NCBI GenBank assembly: GCA_013265495.1
Contig: MU058687.1
Coordinates: 2,048,001 to 2,112,000, forward strand
Source: Vicugna vicugna
Lineage: Eukaryota
Length of the DNA stretch: 64,000 bases
Direction: 5' to 3'
The position numbers were made by a program, and so were the translations under genes. Below the pieces are notes generated by a model. It worked only from the letters and a program-made list of their open reading frames with translations, was not told the origin of the DNA and ran no database searches. The first letter of the stretch is position 1. Each line of letters opens with the position of its first letter. Positions 1-13,215 of the stretch are shown piece after piece.

Positions 1-375
1 ATTGGTCGTTTCTGGAAATTTCATATAAATGGACTCATAGAACGTGTGGTGTTTGAAGTCTGGCTGCTTTCACGTAGCCTGTTTTCAAGATCTATCCGTG
101 TTGTAGGGTGGATGCTACGTGCCAGAGGTTCGTTCTTTGGATTGCTGAATGTTACTCTATTGTATGTGTACTTGCCACGTTTTGTTTAATCATTCCTCAG
201 TTGATGGGCATGTGAGTTGTTTCCAGTCAGGGTTACTGTGAAAAATGCCTCGATGGACTTGTGTGTCCATGTCTTTGTGTGTTTTCATTTCTCTCAGGTA
301 GACTTTGAGGCATGAAATTGCTGGATCAGACGGTATATTTATGTGTAGCTTTTAAGAAACTGCCAAACTGATTTC
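1..375 (-). mobile_element. Old L1 (L1MB/MC/ME type) 3' fragment
   Basis: Contains ttcatataaatggactcata...tggctgctttcac...gttgatgggcat...gaaattgctggatca...aactgccaaactg. Confidence 0.75.
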
Positions 376-891
376 CAGTGCATCAGGTTTTTTTTTTTCA
401 GTGCTGTAAGGTATCAGGATTAATTCAGTAAAAATTAAGATTTTTTTTTCTTCTCTCCTTTCCATACGTTTTTCAAAGGTCACTGTTAAGTTTATAGGAG
501 GCACATTCTCCTGATTCCTCCCTCCCTGCCTGCTCCCTGTCACCGAGCTTATCTCTGTTCAGAACACAGAGATCATCTGTCTGCCCTCCCCACCAGCCTG
601 TAGGCGTCTTCAGGATAAGACCAGGTGTTGTTCAAGTTTCTATCAAGGCCCTTGCATATTCTGGGAGTTCAAAGTCAAATAAGACGTGGTCCTGACCCCG
701 AGGAGCTCACAAACTAGTAGAAAAATAGACAAGATTCCTCCAAGTTCTCAGCACGTTGATTTTGAAAAACATACAGGCTTTCCTGATGAGGGAGGGGCCC
801 GAATGACCCACCACCAGGTGCAGATGAAGGGAGAGAGCAGGAGCTTCATTTGTTCACCAAGAAATACAAAGGTGGGTTGGTTTGCTTAGAG

Positions 892-1108
892 CAGGGGTCA
901 GCCTACTGCAGCCTGGGGACCAAATCCAGCCCGCCACCTGCTCTTCTGAAGCTTTACTGGAACACGGCCGTGCCCCTTAATTTACATATTGTCTACGGCA
1001 GCTTTGAGGCTACAATAGCAGATCTTAGTTGTGACAAAGACCGCGTGGTCTGCAAAGCCTGAATTATCTCCTCTCTGGCCCTTTACAGAAGAATTTTGCC
1101 AATCTCTC
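892..1108. mobile_element. hAT-Charlie MITE, MER58A-like
   Basis: Contains caggggtcagc...aaatccagcccgccacctg...ggaacacggcc...ctggccctttacagaa...tttgcc. Confidence 0.8.
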
Positions 1109-4100
1109 CTTAGACAAAAGAATGGAGGTGAGAAATCACAACACCCACAGGCCCCCAAAGTTCAGCTGCTTTTTGCTATCCAGAAATGCAATGGCAGCAG
1201 GAATGATTTGAGTCAGATGTAAGGAAAGACTGGAAGGGAAGGAAGATTCTGGCTCCTAAAAGAGAAAGACAAATTTCCCTTAAGGGAAACAAACAAACAA
1301 ACACTCATCAGTTCCAGCAAAGTTGGGACATAATCTGTCCAGAAACACAAAGCTGGAAAGTGACTTGGCTTCTTCTTGGCCATTGGTCTTATTTGAGATG
1401 TGGGGGAAGGTAGGGTCTCTAGAAATCAAATACCTTTGGCAGTGGGCTCAAATAATGATGAGAGAGCCCAGTGGAGCAGGGGTTAGGAGCAAGGGGGTGG
1501 CGGAAAGCCTGATTTTTCCTTGGGCGAGGTAGAAATGCAAAAGGAAAGGTATCGGGAGCAGCCGGAGGAAGATGCTGCCCCTCTTGTGGCTGAGGCAGAG
1601 GAATTAATTCCCGGCATATGTTCCCAGCATCTGTCATGGTGACCTGGACGGGAGGGGTCAGCGAGAGAGGGGACCATGCCAGGGCTGAGCATTAGCCCAG
1701 AACTCCCGGGCCGCAGAGGCTCCTGGCTCCCGCAGAACCGCGGCCGGCCAGCTCTCCCAGCAGCACCTGCCGCAGCTGCGGCACACAGCGCTGCCTTGAG
1801 CGTGAGGGCGTGCGCTCCACAAGAAAGCATCTGCTGCCGGGGGGCCAGGCGGACCCCGGAGAGTCCTGCAAAACTCTGTCTCTTCCAGATCTTGGGCTGT
1901 AGTAGGTTCAGCCCACCAGCCCCATGTCCTGCCAGCAGACTGGAGGTGACGCATAAGACTGCACTGGGAGGGGCGGGGCAAGGGCAGGGGAGCCACAGCT
2001 CTGGATGGGAAGGACACCCAAGGATGGGGCACCCTCCTAAGTTCCAGTCCCAGAACCCCTCTGGAGACTATTTGGGCTGCTCAGTGCTAAAGTGTCCCTT
2101 AGGAGTCAGAGATTCACCCAGAGGAAGCAAGGCAGGAGGGCATGGAGACTAAGAATGCAGATGATGCCAGGTTCCACGTCACAGCTGCATGACCTCGGGC
2201 AGGTTCCCATACTTCTTTGTGCCTCGATTTTTCTCGCCTATAGAATGAGCTGGAAATTAATTTCCATCTCAAAGGGCTATGATGATGGTTAAACCAAGTT
2301 ACTACGTGTCAAGTGTCTGGCACAAAGCAAGCCCTCAGTGAAGATTAGCTCTTATTGCACTGAGTGGACAGGCAATGATCTGGTGTCCCCTCCCCCGTCC
2401 CCAAACCATGACAAGTCATGGGTATTAGACATCTACCCTAAGGTCATGAGCTGTAGGCCCACAGACTGACTTTGACCCACAGGACATTTGATTTGGCCGA
2501 CACACGATTTTTTAATTGGTTAGCTATCAGCTTTTTAAATGGACAGGTTTCCCATTAAACCCAGAGATTTAGCTCCTCTTAGGAAATTGGGAGATCTGTC
2601 CACTCTGGGGCCACAATCCCTAGAGCAGTGATGAACATTAAGTGGAGAAGCCCAGCTCCTTTGAGTAGGGGCAGGTCAGCACACCCTGCCCCGCCCTCAC
2701 ATCTCTTCCTGGACACTGCGGGCACTGACTTTGAGACCCCTACCCGCTCCTCCTTTTGCTGGTGATGATCCAGTTCCCCAAGAGCATGCACCCAAGGTCA
2801 TGGGTACTGGAGCTCGAGTCCTGACTTACAGGCCAGTGTCCTTTGTTAGTAACCAGGCCCCCGGCCTGATGAATAACCTCTGGATACTATTTGGGCTGCT
2901 CTGTGCTAAAGTGTCCCCCAAACCACATAAGTTCTAGAGAAAATCCAGTTTCCCTACCCTGGGTATCCTCCTCTGATTAGGAAGCCAAACTTTGTGACCA
3001 CCATGGGTCTGACAAGAGTTTGAGCAGAGTCCCGGGACAACTCCAGGGCCAATAACTGGCCCCTTGGCCATCTGCCCTCTACTGAGCTGTTTCAAATCTG
3101 CCCTGGAGCTGATGGCACCTGCTCAGGATGCGGGTCCAGCTTAGCATTCGGGAGAAAATTAGCAGGTTTGTCTTCTTTCTATAGCTGCCACCAGTGCCCC
3201 GGTCATGCCCCGAGGTGTGATGGAGATGGGGGCAGCTGGGGCTGCAGGGAATGTGTCTGGCTTTTAGGCCTCGGACAGGAGAGCACACACCATCCACTGG
3301 CAAGCAGGGTCTCCACACTGAGCTCAGGAGGAGGGACAGCCTGGGGTGCACCACAGCTCGCCCTTCATGAGAGCCTGCACAAAGAGTGATGTTATTCGGC
3401 AGCCCCCAGCAGCGGTGCCTGGGTGACCTGCCTGCAGGCAGAGACCGTGAGCTTCCCAGGCAGCACCCCACCAGTTACTAACCCTGGCAGTGCTACATGG
3501 CTCACCCATCCCGGGCCAGCACAGGACTCCTCTAAGGCCGTCTGTGCACCAGGGCTCCCGGGGGCTGGCCAGGGCTTTGTCACAGCTGCACCGCAGTCAG
3601 ACCCTTGCCGTCCAATCCTCCTCCCTCCCCTCTCTCTTCACAGTTATCAGACCTTCATCCCCGCCTGAAGCCTTTTCCTGTTACCTCCTACGTCCTCTCC
3701 CCTTCCTCTTTTAGTCCTGGTGTCTGCTTCCCCGAAGATCCAAACAGTAGGCCTGGGGTGGCCCAGCTAGACTCGGTGAGCAGAGACTCCTGGGCAGGAC
3801 TGAGAGGAGGCAGCTGGTTAAGGGTGTGGGTACAGTTTCTCCCCGCAAATTCATATGCCTCAAAACCCCCAATGGCCTGGCTGGGCCGTGGGCTGGCTTT
3901 AGAGTGGGATTCCTGAGATGAGTAGAAGGAGACTGGGCAGAGGTAGATCCCCCTGCCACTCGTGTTAGAGCCAAGCTGGAACGCAATCCAACCGAGGAGG
4001 CCTGAAAAGGAGGAAGTGTAATCCCACAAGGGGCACTTGGCAAGAGAATCTGGTGTCCTCTTAGCAGGAGGAGAAAACAGCTCCTCTTTTTGGCTGGGGT

Positions 4101-5950
4101 CCGGCGCGAAAAGCCTCTGTTGGTGGCTTTATGGGCAGAGAACAGGGGGCATCATGGGTACCAGGCCTGCCAGGAGACAGGGTGTGCCCTCCAGAGGGCT
4201 GCGTGTTGCCCACTGGGGTATGGAGACATCATCGCTGAAGGTGGGAGAAGAGATGATGTTGAGACAACTGGCCATCTAGGGCCACCTCTGCCACACAGTG
4301 GTCCAGGGCGGCAAGCCCTCCGCCAGTGAGGGGAGGTGCTGCGGGCTTTGCGAAGGGCCGGGCTTGTTCTGACGGATGCCCAGTGGGCAGCGCCTCACTG
4401 TACCTAAGGCACAGCGCCCTCCAAGGTGCTTTTGCAGTTTTAGGACAAAGACAGTGGAACCAAAACTGAATGAGAAAGCCGCCTCACAGGGTGTAGTTTG
4501 AGGAGATAGTACTTGGTAGGGGAAGCTAAGCAAAGAGAAAAAATTAGTTTAGCTCTTTAACAGAACAGAAAAAACAAAAATAAAGCCAAAACCTGGGTGT
4601 GGTAGGGCAGAGCAGGGCAAAGATACTTACTAGGGGTAGGAGGGAACTTTTTGGAGTGTTAGAAATGGTCCGTAATTTGATTGTAGAGATGGTTACATGT
4701 CTGTTTATAAAACTCATCAAACTCTCCACTTAAGAAAGGATGATTCTATTGTATGTAAATTGTACCTCGATAAACGTGACTTTAAAAAGATTCTCCCTGT
4801 CCCTCATCACCATCCCGGGGACCTGAGTTGGCCACGTCTCTGTTTGTCCCACAGCATTCCCCGGGCCATGGTGCCCGGCAACCTGGCCATCCTGAGAACT
4901 GGGTCGGGAAGCAGAGAGGCCCTCCAGTGCTGCCACAGCCCCTCCCCTCAGACTAAGGGTCTGCTCGGACTCCAGAGCTGGCTTTTAAGTTTTATCTGCA
5001 GTTTAATCTTCCAGGGTTTTCCAGGAAGGGAAAATCCAGCAAGTTTGACTGCCTCAGGGTGGCCAATTCGAAGTAAAACACAGGCACTGGAGACTCATTT
5101 TTGGCATCAGGATGGGAGTACAGGTCTGCTGAGCCCAGAATGAGGAAGGACCCAAGGAATCTTGAAGACCCAGGACTGATTAAAAAAGATGTCCCCAGAG
5201 AGAGGAGGCCACGCCATCTTTTGCAATGCATTAAATCTTTTGACCTGGGGGATGAGCAGGGATATAGGAATGTTTGATGCCAGATCTTTTTTTTTTTAAA
5301 GTCTCTCCTTAAAAGCTTACAAATCCTATTTTTCAAGTATTATCTTTACTTACACATATTCAGTAAATTTTATATATATATATACACACATACACATAAT
5401 CACTAAATTAAAACTATATATTTAAATACAGTGAATATCTCTTTTTACTCTGTCCTGCCTCCGCCCAATCCACAGCCCTCCCCAGAGGTGACCATGATGT
5501 CCTTCCAGAAGTTTCCATGTACTTACATACACATGGGCATACAAAGAGCCGCTGAGTCTGGTTTTATTTGTGTAGCTGGGACCATTCTGCAAGGATGGCG
5601 TACATTTTGCTTTTCCCACCGAACAACACATCTTGCAGAACTTTCCTCTCTGTACATCTCTTCCTCATTCTTTTTAATGGTGGACACTGTTCTGTAGATT
5701 CGCTACCCCACTGTTCCACCCCCTCATTGGCCCTTCCACGCGATGCAGATGGATGGCTGCTCCCGGGGTAGGGGGTGCTGAGGAGCGAGAGTGTCAGGCC
5801 ACAGGGAGAAGACACTGGTGCCTGTGGTGGAGACAGGGGAGGCCTGGCTTGAAAAAGCAGAACCAGTCTGTATGGGAGGATGGGGGTTGGGTGTCATATT
5901 TGTTCCCAGAGGGGAAATCAGAGTGGGAATCCCCTGTGGACCTTTTGATC

Positions 5951-6220
5951 ATTTTTTTTAAAATTGAAGTACAGTTAATTTACAATGTTGTGTCAGTTTC
6001 TGGTGTACAGCAAAGTGATTCACTTAAACACATATATGTATTCTTTTGCATTATAGTTTATTATACGATATTGACTGTAGTTCCCTGTGCTATACAGTAG
6101 GACCTTGTTGTTTATCTATTTTATGTATAGTAGTTTGTATCTGCTAATGCCAAATGCCTAATTTCTACCCCACCCCCTGCCCCTGCTTTGGTAACCATAA
6201 ATTTGGTTTCTGTGTCTGCT
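5951..6220 (-). mobile_element. L1 3' UTR fragment (laurasiatherian type)
   Basis: Contains aattgaagtacagttaatttacaatgttgtgtcagtttctggtgtacagcaaagtgattca...gttccctgtgctatacagtaggacc. Confidence 0.8.
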
Positions 6221-8363
6221 GTTTTTAACACACTGGTGTGCATTCTGTGGCCAGGCACCGTGCCAGGTGCTGTTCTCTGAGACAACTTTGTACCTGGGTA
6301 AGACTGAGAGCTAAGTCCCTGCAGTGTCCTTGTTAGTGTGTGTCCTTGTTCACGTTCACGTTCAATAACAGAGATAGCTAACGTTTATGAAGCCCTCACC
6401 AGGTTTCAAGAAACGTACCGAATGCTTTCTGTGCTTCCCTGCACTCAATCTTCTCGACTCCATGAGGCTGGTCTGCAATCACGCCCATTTTAGAGGTGAG
6501 AGAAAGTGAGGCTTAAACCCAGGCCTTCCTCATTTCATCCTCATGAAACACTAGATGAGGTGGGCAGCGTTCATTCCTGTTTTGTGTCTATTCAGTGTTG
6601 TCTTGGCTCCTCCTCCTGACTGGGGCCACAGCAAGGCTCTGTGCCCACACTGGGGTCTCCACGTTGAGTGACAGTAGATGTGCCCCAACAGTGCCAGAGC
6701 CTCGAAGCTCTGCCCATTGACTCAGCATGATAGGAGCACTGGATGTAGGGAATCCTGCCTTGGCGATGAGGACAGCAGGTTTTCCCTCTGACCTCCTTTC
6801 AGTGGGCTGTTTAGGTGTTATCCTAGAGTCCAGAGGGAAGATGACAACACTTGCAGGCCAGGGTTTCTCAGAGGTGGCCGCCTGGCACGCACCACCTGCA
6901 TCAGAGGCATCAATAGAGCAAACATACAGACTCCTGAGCCCCTGACCCAATGGATTAGAGTCTGGGCAGGGGAGACCTGAGAATATGCATTTTAAATAAG
7001 AACCTTCCCAACCCCCTGACCCTGTTTGAGAACCTTGCAAACTGCTGGCTCACAGGCTGAAGTCTGCAGTCACAGAACCGGCGTAAAGAGTTTTCTTGAC
7101 TTTTTTTTGCATTAATGGTCAACATTTTAAAATCCTGAGTATCACAGTAAAAAATAAACAGACCTCTGCTTCTTTGGAAAAATCCAGCAGTACTGGGCCT
7201 GCTCTTCCTCACTGCACCACCTGGAGGGTCTAGAACAGGGCTGCCCCCAACTACCCCCACCACCACCCGGGCCCTATGTCTTCCCTCTGGCTTCCTCGGA
7301 CACTTTGTTTGTGCCCACTGGTCAAAGGAGACAGCAGTGCTTATATCCATCAGCGCCGACGTCAGGTACCAGGGCCTGACGAGCAAGGCCAGTTCTGGTG
7401 TGGCTTCCTCTCCGAGTGTAGGTCCACCTTCGCCCAGCGCTGCAGAGCTCATGTGGAAGGCCTCGGTTCACCCCTCCCCAGCCCTCTACTCCATCCTTTG
7501 GCAGCTGCTGCCAAATGGGTTTTCAGAGTGATCCAGCCATGAAATGTGAAACGTGCCCCCTGCTCTGGGTTGCATACTGTCTCTGGTATAAGATCAGCGT
7601 GTCTCAAAGCACAGTTCACAGACCACCTGCACCAGATCCTCCTGGGAAGGCTTACAGAATGCAGATGCCTGGCCTCCGCACTAGTCTGGGGAATCAAAAT
7701 CTCTGGGGGCAGGCCTGGGAACCTGCATTTTCAAGGTGGTTTCCCCCCCCCCACTGTGACTTTGCTGTCCCCTGAGGCATTAAGACCTGTAGTCATCCAG
7801 AGGGAGGAGAGTGAAGGTTTACCTGGGCCCTGGGTCAGATCAGCCTCAGGGTCTTTGGCCTCCTTGAAGGAAGGGAGTCTTTTCCCCAGCCCTGAGCCTC
7901 CACCACAAACAATCCCTGCTCCCCACCCCCTGGGCAGTGGGCCCCCGGGGCTCAGCCCTCTGTCAGATTCCATCTCCTGTCACTTTCAGAACCAGTTCAT
8001 TATTCCTTTATTATTCCCATTCTCTGCCTTATCATTATTAATAATCATTCTAGACAAGCCAGGGTGCTGACAGCTCCCCTCTTGTCCATTCTTTCTGTCT
8101 GTTTCAATCCTGCCTGCTGATCTGGCATTAACCTGATCTTTTCCCCCATTTAATTAAGCCGTGTTGGTCAACCCATTACTGCCCACGTGGAGATGGCAAT
8201 GATTGGTTCTCCTGATAGGCAGAGGAGTGATGGGCTCTGTGGCCTGGGCATTCCCCCTCCCCAGAGGGGCCTGAGGACAGGAGTGTGAGTCCGGAAGGAC
8301 TACTTTGGGTCTGGAGGGCTGGGAGTGGGGAAGGTGGTTGATGGCCAGTACTCATTGAGAGGT

Positions 8364-8534
8364 AATGCTTCTCAAACCTTAGCCTCAGAATCACAGGGAG
8401 GGCCTATTAAAATGCAGACCATTGGGTCCCATCAGGGATTCTGATTCGGTAGGCAGCCGTGAATCTGAATTCCTAATAAGCTCCCAGGTGGTGCTGATGC
8501 TGCAGGTGTCAGGATCATACTAGGAGTAGCCCTG
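8364..8534. mobile_element. MER5A-like hAT MITE (further MER5-like copies near 6860-7040, 7600-7740, 22460-22600 and 23720-23820)
   Basis: Contains ttctcaaac...cagaatcac...ttaaaatgcaga...taataagctcccaggtggtgctgatgctgc. Confidence 0.7.
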
Positions 8535-9343
8535 CATGAGCAGGCTGACCTCAGCTTCAGTGACAGACACTGCCAGGCCCAAGTATACCTTGATGGGAAT
8601 GGATTGAAGAGGAAGAGACTTGAGCAGGGGGAAATTATTGCCATTTGCAGATGTGAGGTGATGAGAGGCTGAGCCAAAGGGAGTTCAGACTGAAAGGGGA
8701 AGGATGGGTATGTATTCAACATCTGGTCTAGAGAGACAACGGGGTCTCAGTGACAGGAGGGGCAGTGAAAGAGAGAAAGTAAACACCTTCATGTGTTTTT
8801 AAGTAACTGGCAGCCTGATGGTGCTTGACAGAAATATGTACAAAGGGAACACAGAGGGGCAGGGTGGGGATATGCTGAGGTCAAGACAAGCTACACAGCT
8901 TGCAGGGCCTAGAGAAAAATGAAAATGCAAGGTCCATTCTTAGAAATTATTCAGAGTTTCAAGATGGAGCCAACAGAGCATCAACCCCAGCGTGGGACCC
9001 TTCTGAAGTGCAGGAATCTGCGTGCTACACAAACCTTATGCCACGAAGCCGTCCCTGGCCGAGATTCAGGCAGCGGCTTGATAGCCAGACAGACCATCGC
9101 CTTGGCAGCCTGCCGGTCACTCTGCACATCCACTTCTGATGCCACAGAGACTAAATGAAAGGTCCTAGAGCACAGAGTCACAATTTAGAATCGTATGAGA
9201 GAAAAGACCTAAGTAGGCAAACATGACAGGTTAAATCCTCAAAGAAGTTGCTAGTAAGACAGAGGGAAGGGTCCCATGACCAGTATTTGTTCGAAGTCAC
9301 CACCTTCACGAGAACCCAACATCGCCTGCAGATGGACCTTTAG

Positions 9344-9462
9344 GGAGTTTTTTGTTTTGTTTTGGGTTTTTAAATTTTTTTTTTAAGCGGAGGTTCTGGG
9401 GATTGAACTCTGGCCCTCGTGCATGCTAAGCATGTGCTCTACCACTGAGCTACACCCTCCCC
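9344..9462 (-). mobile_element. tRNA(Ala)-derived SINE, Vic-1-like (camelid)
   Basis: Minus strand reads GGGGAGGGTGTAGCTCAGTGGTAGAGCACATGCTTAGCATGCACGAGGGCCAGAGTTCAATCCCCAGAACCTCC then an A-rich tail. Pol III A and B boxes present; TSD GACCTTTAG at 9335-9343 and 9464-9472. Confidence 0.85.
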
Positions 9463-12400
9463 AGACCTTTAGTTTTTTAAGCTACAATTTATTGTGCATT
9501 TACCCTTTGTAGGCATTTCATGATCTTTTAATACATTGCTTTACTTCCTCCTTGCAACTACCCCATAAAGTGTGTATTATTGTCCCTCTTTTACAGATAA
9601 GGAAACTGAGGCAGAGAGGCACAGTCATTTGCCCAGTGAGTGAGGGAATCAGCTCCTTAAGCCCAGAGAATTGGGGGGCTGAGGCAGGTCGGGGCGCCAG
9701 GGGACGGAGCCAGGCACATGCCTGGGTGTCGCAGGAAAATGTGCTGATACCCAAGTGCCCGCCAACGATGGAAGGATTTAGAGCAATTAAAATGTTTTGC
9801 CTGGAAGCTGTTTGGAGCCTTTTTTTTGAAGTGTGAGTTTTCTGACTTCAAGGTGTGTTAACTGGCTCTCTAAATGGTTTTGTTTTTTAATTGCAGCAAA
9901 TGACTGTGGCACCATTAGATTTCTGCCTCTCTGTGGTTGTTTCGAGCCCTCGCAGGCCTCCTCCTTCTATTTATTCTGTTTAATTCAGTCAGGTAGCTCC
10001 GGGGCAATGGAGATCAATACTCCTCTTTGATAGAAAAGAGTCAGGTTTGAAACCTAGAGATAAAACTGACACATTTTGTATAAATTTAATTAAAAATGCA
10101 CCTTTAGTGGCTTGTTGCAGGCACAAAGCCGAGCGTCTATCTCTCTATCTCCCTCTCGCTCCCCCTCTCTTTCTCTCTCTTTTCCTCTGCCCCCTCTCTC
10201 CCTCGCTCTCTTTCCTTTCTTGTTCCTAACAGGGAGATCTCTAAATCGGCCTCACCACAGCCTCGTTTCATGATTTTGAATTTGAAACTTCTGTGCAGAG
10301 AGGCGCTGAGAGAAGGGGATGAAATTCTCAGCAGATCAGCTCAGCCTCCTTTTCGCGGAGTCGGCTGGGGTGAGCGATGCTGAGGGCAGAGGACTGGGGG
10401 GCAGAAGCTGCGGGATGGTTTTACTTTTCTTTTTAAAACCCTTTTCCTTTTGGTCCCATGGCTGCAGGCTCAGAGGCTCCTCTGGTCCACAGCCTGCAGC
10501 CCCGTCTCCTGTCTCTGTCTCGGTCTCGGTCTCGGTCTTGCAGTGGTTTTGACCTGCCTGCCAGTGCAGCTGCTCGCGCCTCCTGGGGTCCTGGCAGGGT
10601 CCCGAGACAGCAGGGAAGGTACCGAAGGCCCCAGCCCCTCTCCTGTAAGCCCCGGGCCGCAGCCCACATTTGTCTTGTGTTTTACAACCCACCCCTTCAC
10701 CTCCTTCCTGCTGGCTCTGCCCCATTCGCGCTCTCAATCCCATTTGGCTTTCCTCATTTTTCACTCGAGTGGGTTTCCTATCCCCGACTCGACTCTGGCC
10801 TCACTCTGCTCAACACCAATAAAACACACTCAACACAGGTGGAACAAGGTGCCCGGGCCCGCGTGACAAATGGCTCGCCAGCCTCTAAGCGCAGCTGTAA
10901 ATCGCCCCTCCCGGGGCCGGAAGGGCCTGTTCCCGGGGACAGGCGGCCAGCAGACCAGCATTTGGCCAGACCCCCAAGGCCTTCCCGGGATCCCGGGCGT
11001 CTGGGAGGGAGCGGAGTGGCAGGTGGGAGGGAAGGGCCCCCGGGAATGTTTACACCTGTGGCTGTGGCGGGAGCAGCAGGGACGGCCGCTTGTACTGGGC
11101 CACGACTCCAGCAGCTGGTGCACACTGCACACTGACACGTGCCAGCACCATGCTAAGGCTCGCCAGGAACTTATCTTTAATCCTCACAGCTCTGCAGAGT
11201 TACCGTGACCGTCCCCGCGTCACAGAGGAGGACCCTGCTGAGGGAGGCCTCTCAAGGTCACAGAACTCGCCCACAGTCGTCTGGGTAGTAAATGGCAAGC
11301 CAGGACGAGGGCAGAGCTCCCGAACCCTAAAATCAGGATGTTTCATCACCACGTCCTGTGTGTGTGGCACCGGGCTGGGCCTGTTGGGGAGCAAGATATA
11401 ATCTCTATCCTCCAGAGGTTTAGGATTTCGTGCTGGAGGGACCAGGGGTCCTGAAGGAAGATCCTGGAGTTCACAACTTGTTTCCTTCTCTGCTCTACGG
11501 GAAGCCTCCTGCCGGCACCACAGCCCGTGCACCTGGGGAGGTTTATTGCTTCTCCCCAGAATGAGGGATCAGAAGTGGGCAAAGCCATGCTCCTGCTCTT
11601 GTCCGGCCTGGAGAGCGCCGCCGGCACGGAGAAGCAGAGGGGAGCCGTTGCGCTGGGGAGGCGAGAAGTGCTGCTCTAGTACATTCTGCTGCCAGGGGAG
11701 CCTCTGGGGCTTGTGACTCTGTAACCTCGTCCCCTGGGCATCAGGTAATGCGGTGATGCAATGTTCCCTGGCCAATCTCGTCTTTTGCTTTGGGTGCCTT
11801 TAATCGCTGCCAATGCAAGTTCAGGTGGGAGAGGCAGGCATCCTGAGTTTGAGCCACTGGCCTTTCCTCCCTCTGCCTCCTTCCTCGCTGGCAATCACAA
11901 AACACCAGCGCTTTGTGTCTAAAATGGCCGAGATAATTGAAACGGAATTTGAAATCAGGGCCCTGCAGGCAGCACTTGTTGAAAGAAGAAATAAAGATCG
12001 TTTGGGTCACGTCTTTTGTAATTTGCGTTTAATAATCGTACCAGGAGGTGCGCACAGAGGAGAGGCGGCATGTGAGCAGCTCCCAGCAGGCAGCAGCCCT
12101 CCCCGTCCCAGCTGGGTCTGCTTCGGGGAGGCGGTGGGCAGAGGAGGGACAGCTGGGGAAGGAAACACACAGTCTGGAGAAAGTTCTCTCCATGGGGCAG
12201 TGGCAAGAGAGAAGGCATGGCTTGGGGAGGGTCTGAGAGACTGAGGTGAAGGCTGAGTCACCATGCTTGGTGCCCTAACCTCCCGTCCACTTCCCCCCAT
12301 GCCCATCCCCCGTGTGAGGGGAGAGTGACTATGAGTGAAGTAGCCAGAGCCCAGGAGACCGATGAAATGATTTTGAAAGTTTACCCTGGGATGCTCTTTG

Positions 12401-12824
12401 GATCCAAAGCTTGGGACCGTGTTACTACTCAGTTTTGCCTGTCGCGTGTGGAGCTGGGGCAGAAGGTGCTGCCCATCAGAGGGCAGATGCAACCTCCAGC
12501 CTGTGGGTCTGCTGGCATTGAGGAATGTCCCCTGGGAGCCCTTCAACCTGTTATTCCCTAGAATCACAGAAATTCATGTTTGATCCTTAAGGAATGTGAC
12601 ACTTCTACACTGATGGCCCCTCTCCTACCAACCCCACATGTTACTCAGACAGTCACACGCGTCTCCCACCACCCCCAAAACACTTCCACCCCTTCCCCTA
12701 TGAGGCTGCCCTTTCTTGTCTACAGGAACCTGTGCACTGGGGATCCAAAGGGCTCCCCTGGTACTCACATCATCATGGGGTGGCGGAGGCTTGGAGGAGC
12801 TCAGGCTTGGAGGTGGAGAGATGG

Positions 12825-13215
12825 TGGTATGAGAGGAACTGTGTTCTCCCTGAATTCTTATGTTGGAGTCCTAACCTCCGGTACCTTAGAACATGACTAT
12901 ATATGGAGAAAGGGCCTTTGAAAACGTAGTTAAGGTAAAAGGAGGTCCTGTGGGTGGGCCCTCATCCAGTATGACTGGTGGCCTTAGAAGAAGAGGGAGA
13001 GACACCAGGAATGTCGCACACAGAGCAAAGACCATGTGAGGACACACGAGTGCCCATCCACAAGTCAGGGAAGGGGGCCTAAGGAGAAAGCAACCCTTCC
13101 ACCTGCCGCCTTGATCCTGGACTTCCAGCCTCCAGAACTGTGAGTAAATATGTTTCTATTGCTTAAGCCAGACAGCAGTGGTACTTCGGTGCGGCAGCCC
13201 AAGCAAATCAACACA
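12825..13215 (+). mobile_element. MaLR solo LTR (MLT1A/B/C-like)
   Basis: Contains gggtgggccctcatccagtatgactggtggcc and ggacttccagcctccagaactgtgag, ending in ...aacaca. Imperfect 5-bp TSD gatgg/ggtgg. Confidence 0.82.

Noticed and set aside
7212..7228. CTCF-like site (minus strand CCCTCCAGGTGGTGCAG) and similar partial matches at ~19707, ~32019 and ~59254
   Set aside because: Only partial consensus matches; cannot be supported without PWM scoring or ChIP data.
9390..9462. Functional tRNA-Ala gene
   Set aside because: The A-rich tail, TSD and imperfect stems indicate a SINE or retrocopy.
10458..11135. 225-aa ORF (and the 232-aa ORF at 18245-18943 and 196-aa ORF at 59293-59883)
   Set aside because: No recognisable domain, low-complexity composition and overlapping ORFs in several frames, as expected by chance in GC-rich mammalian DNA.
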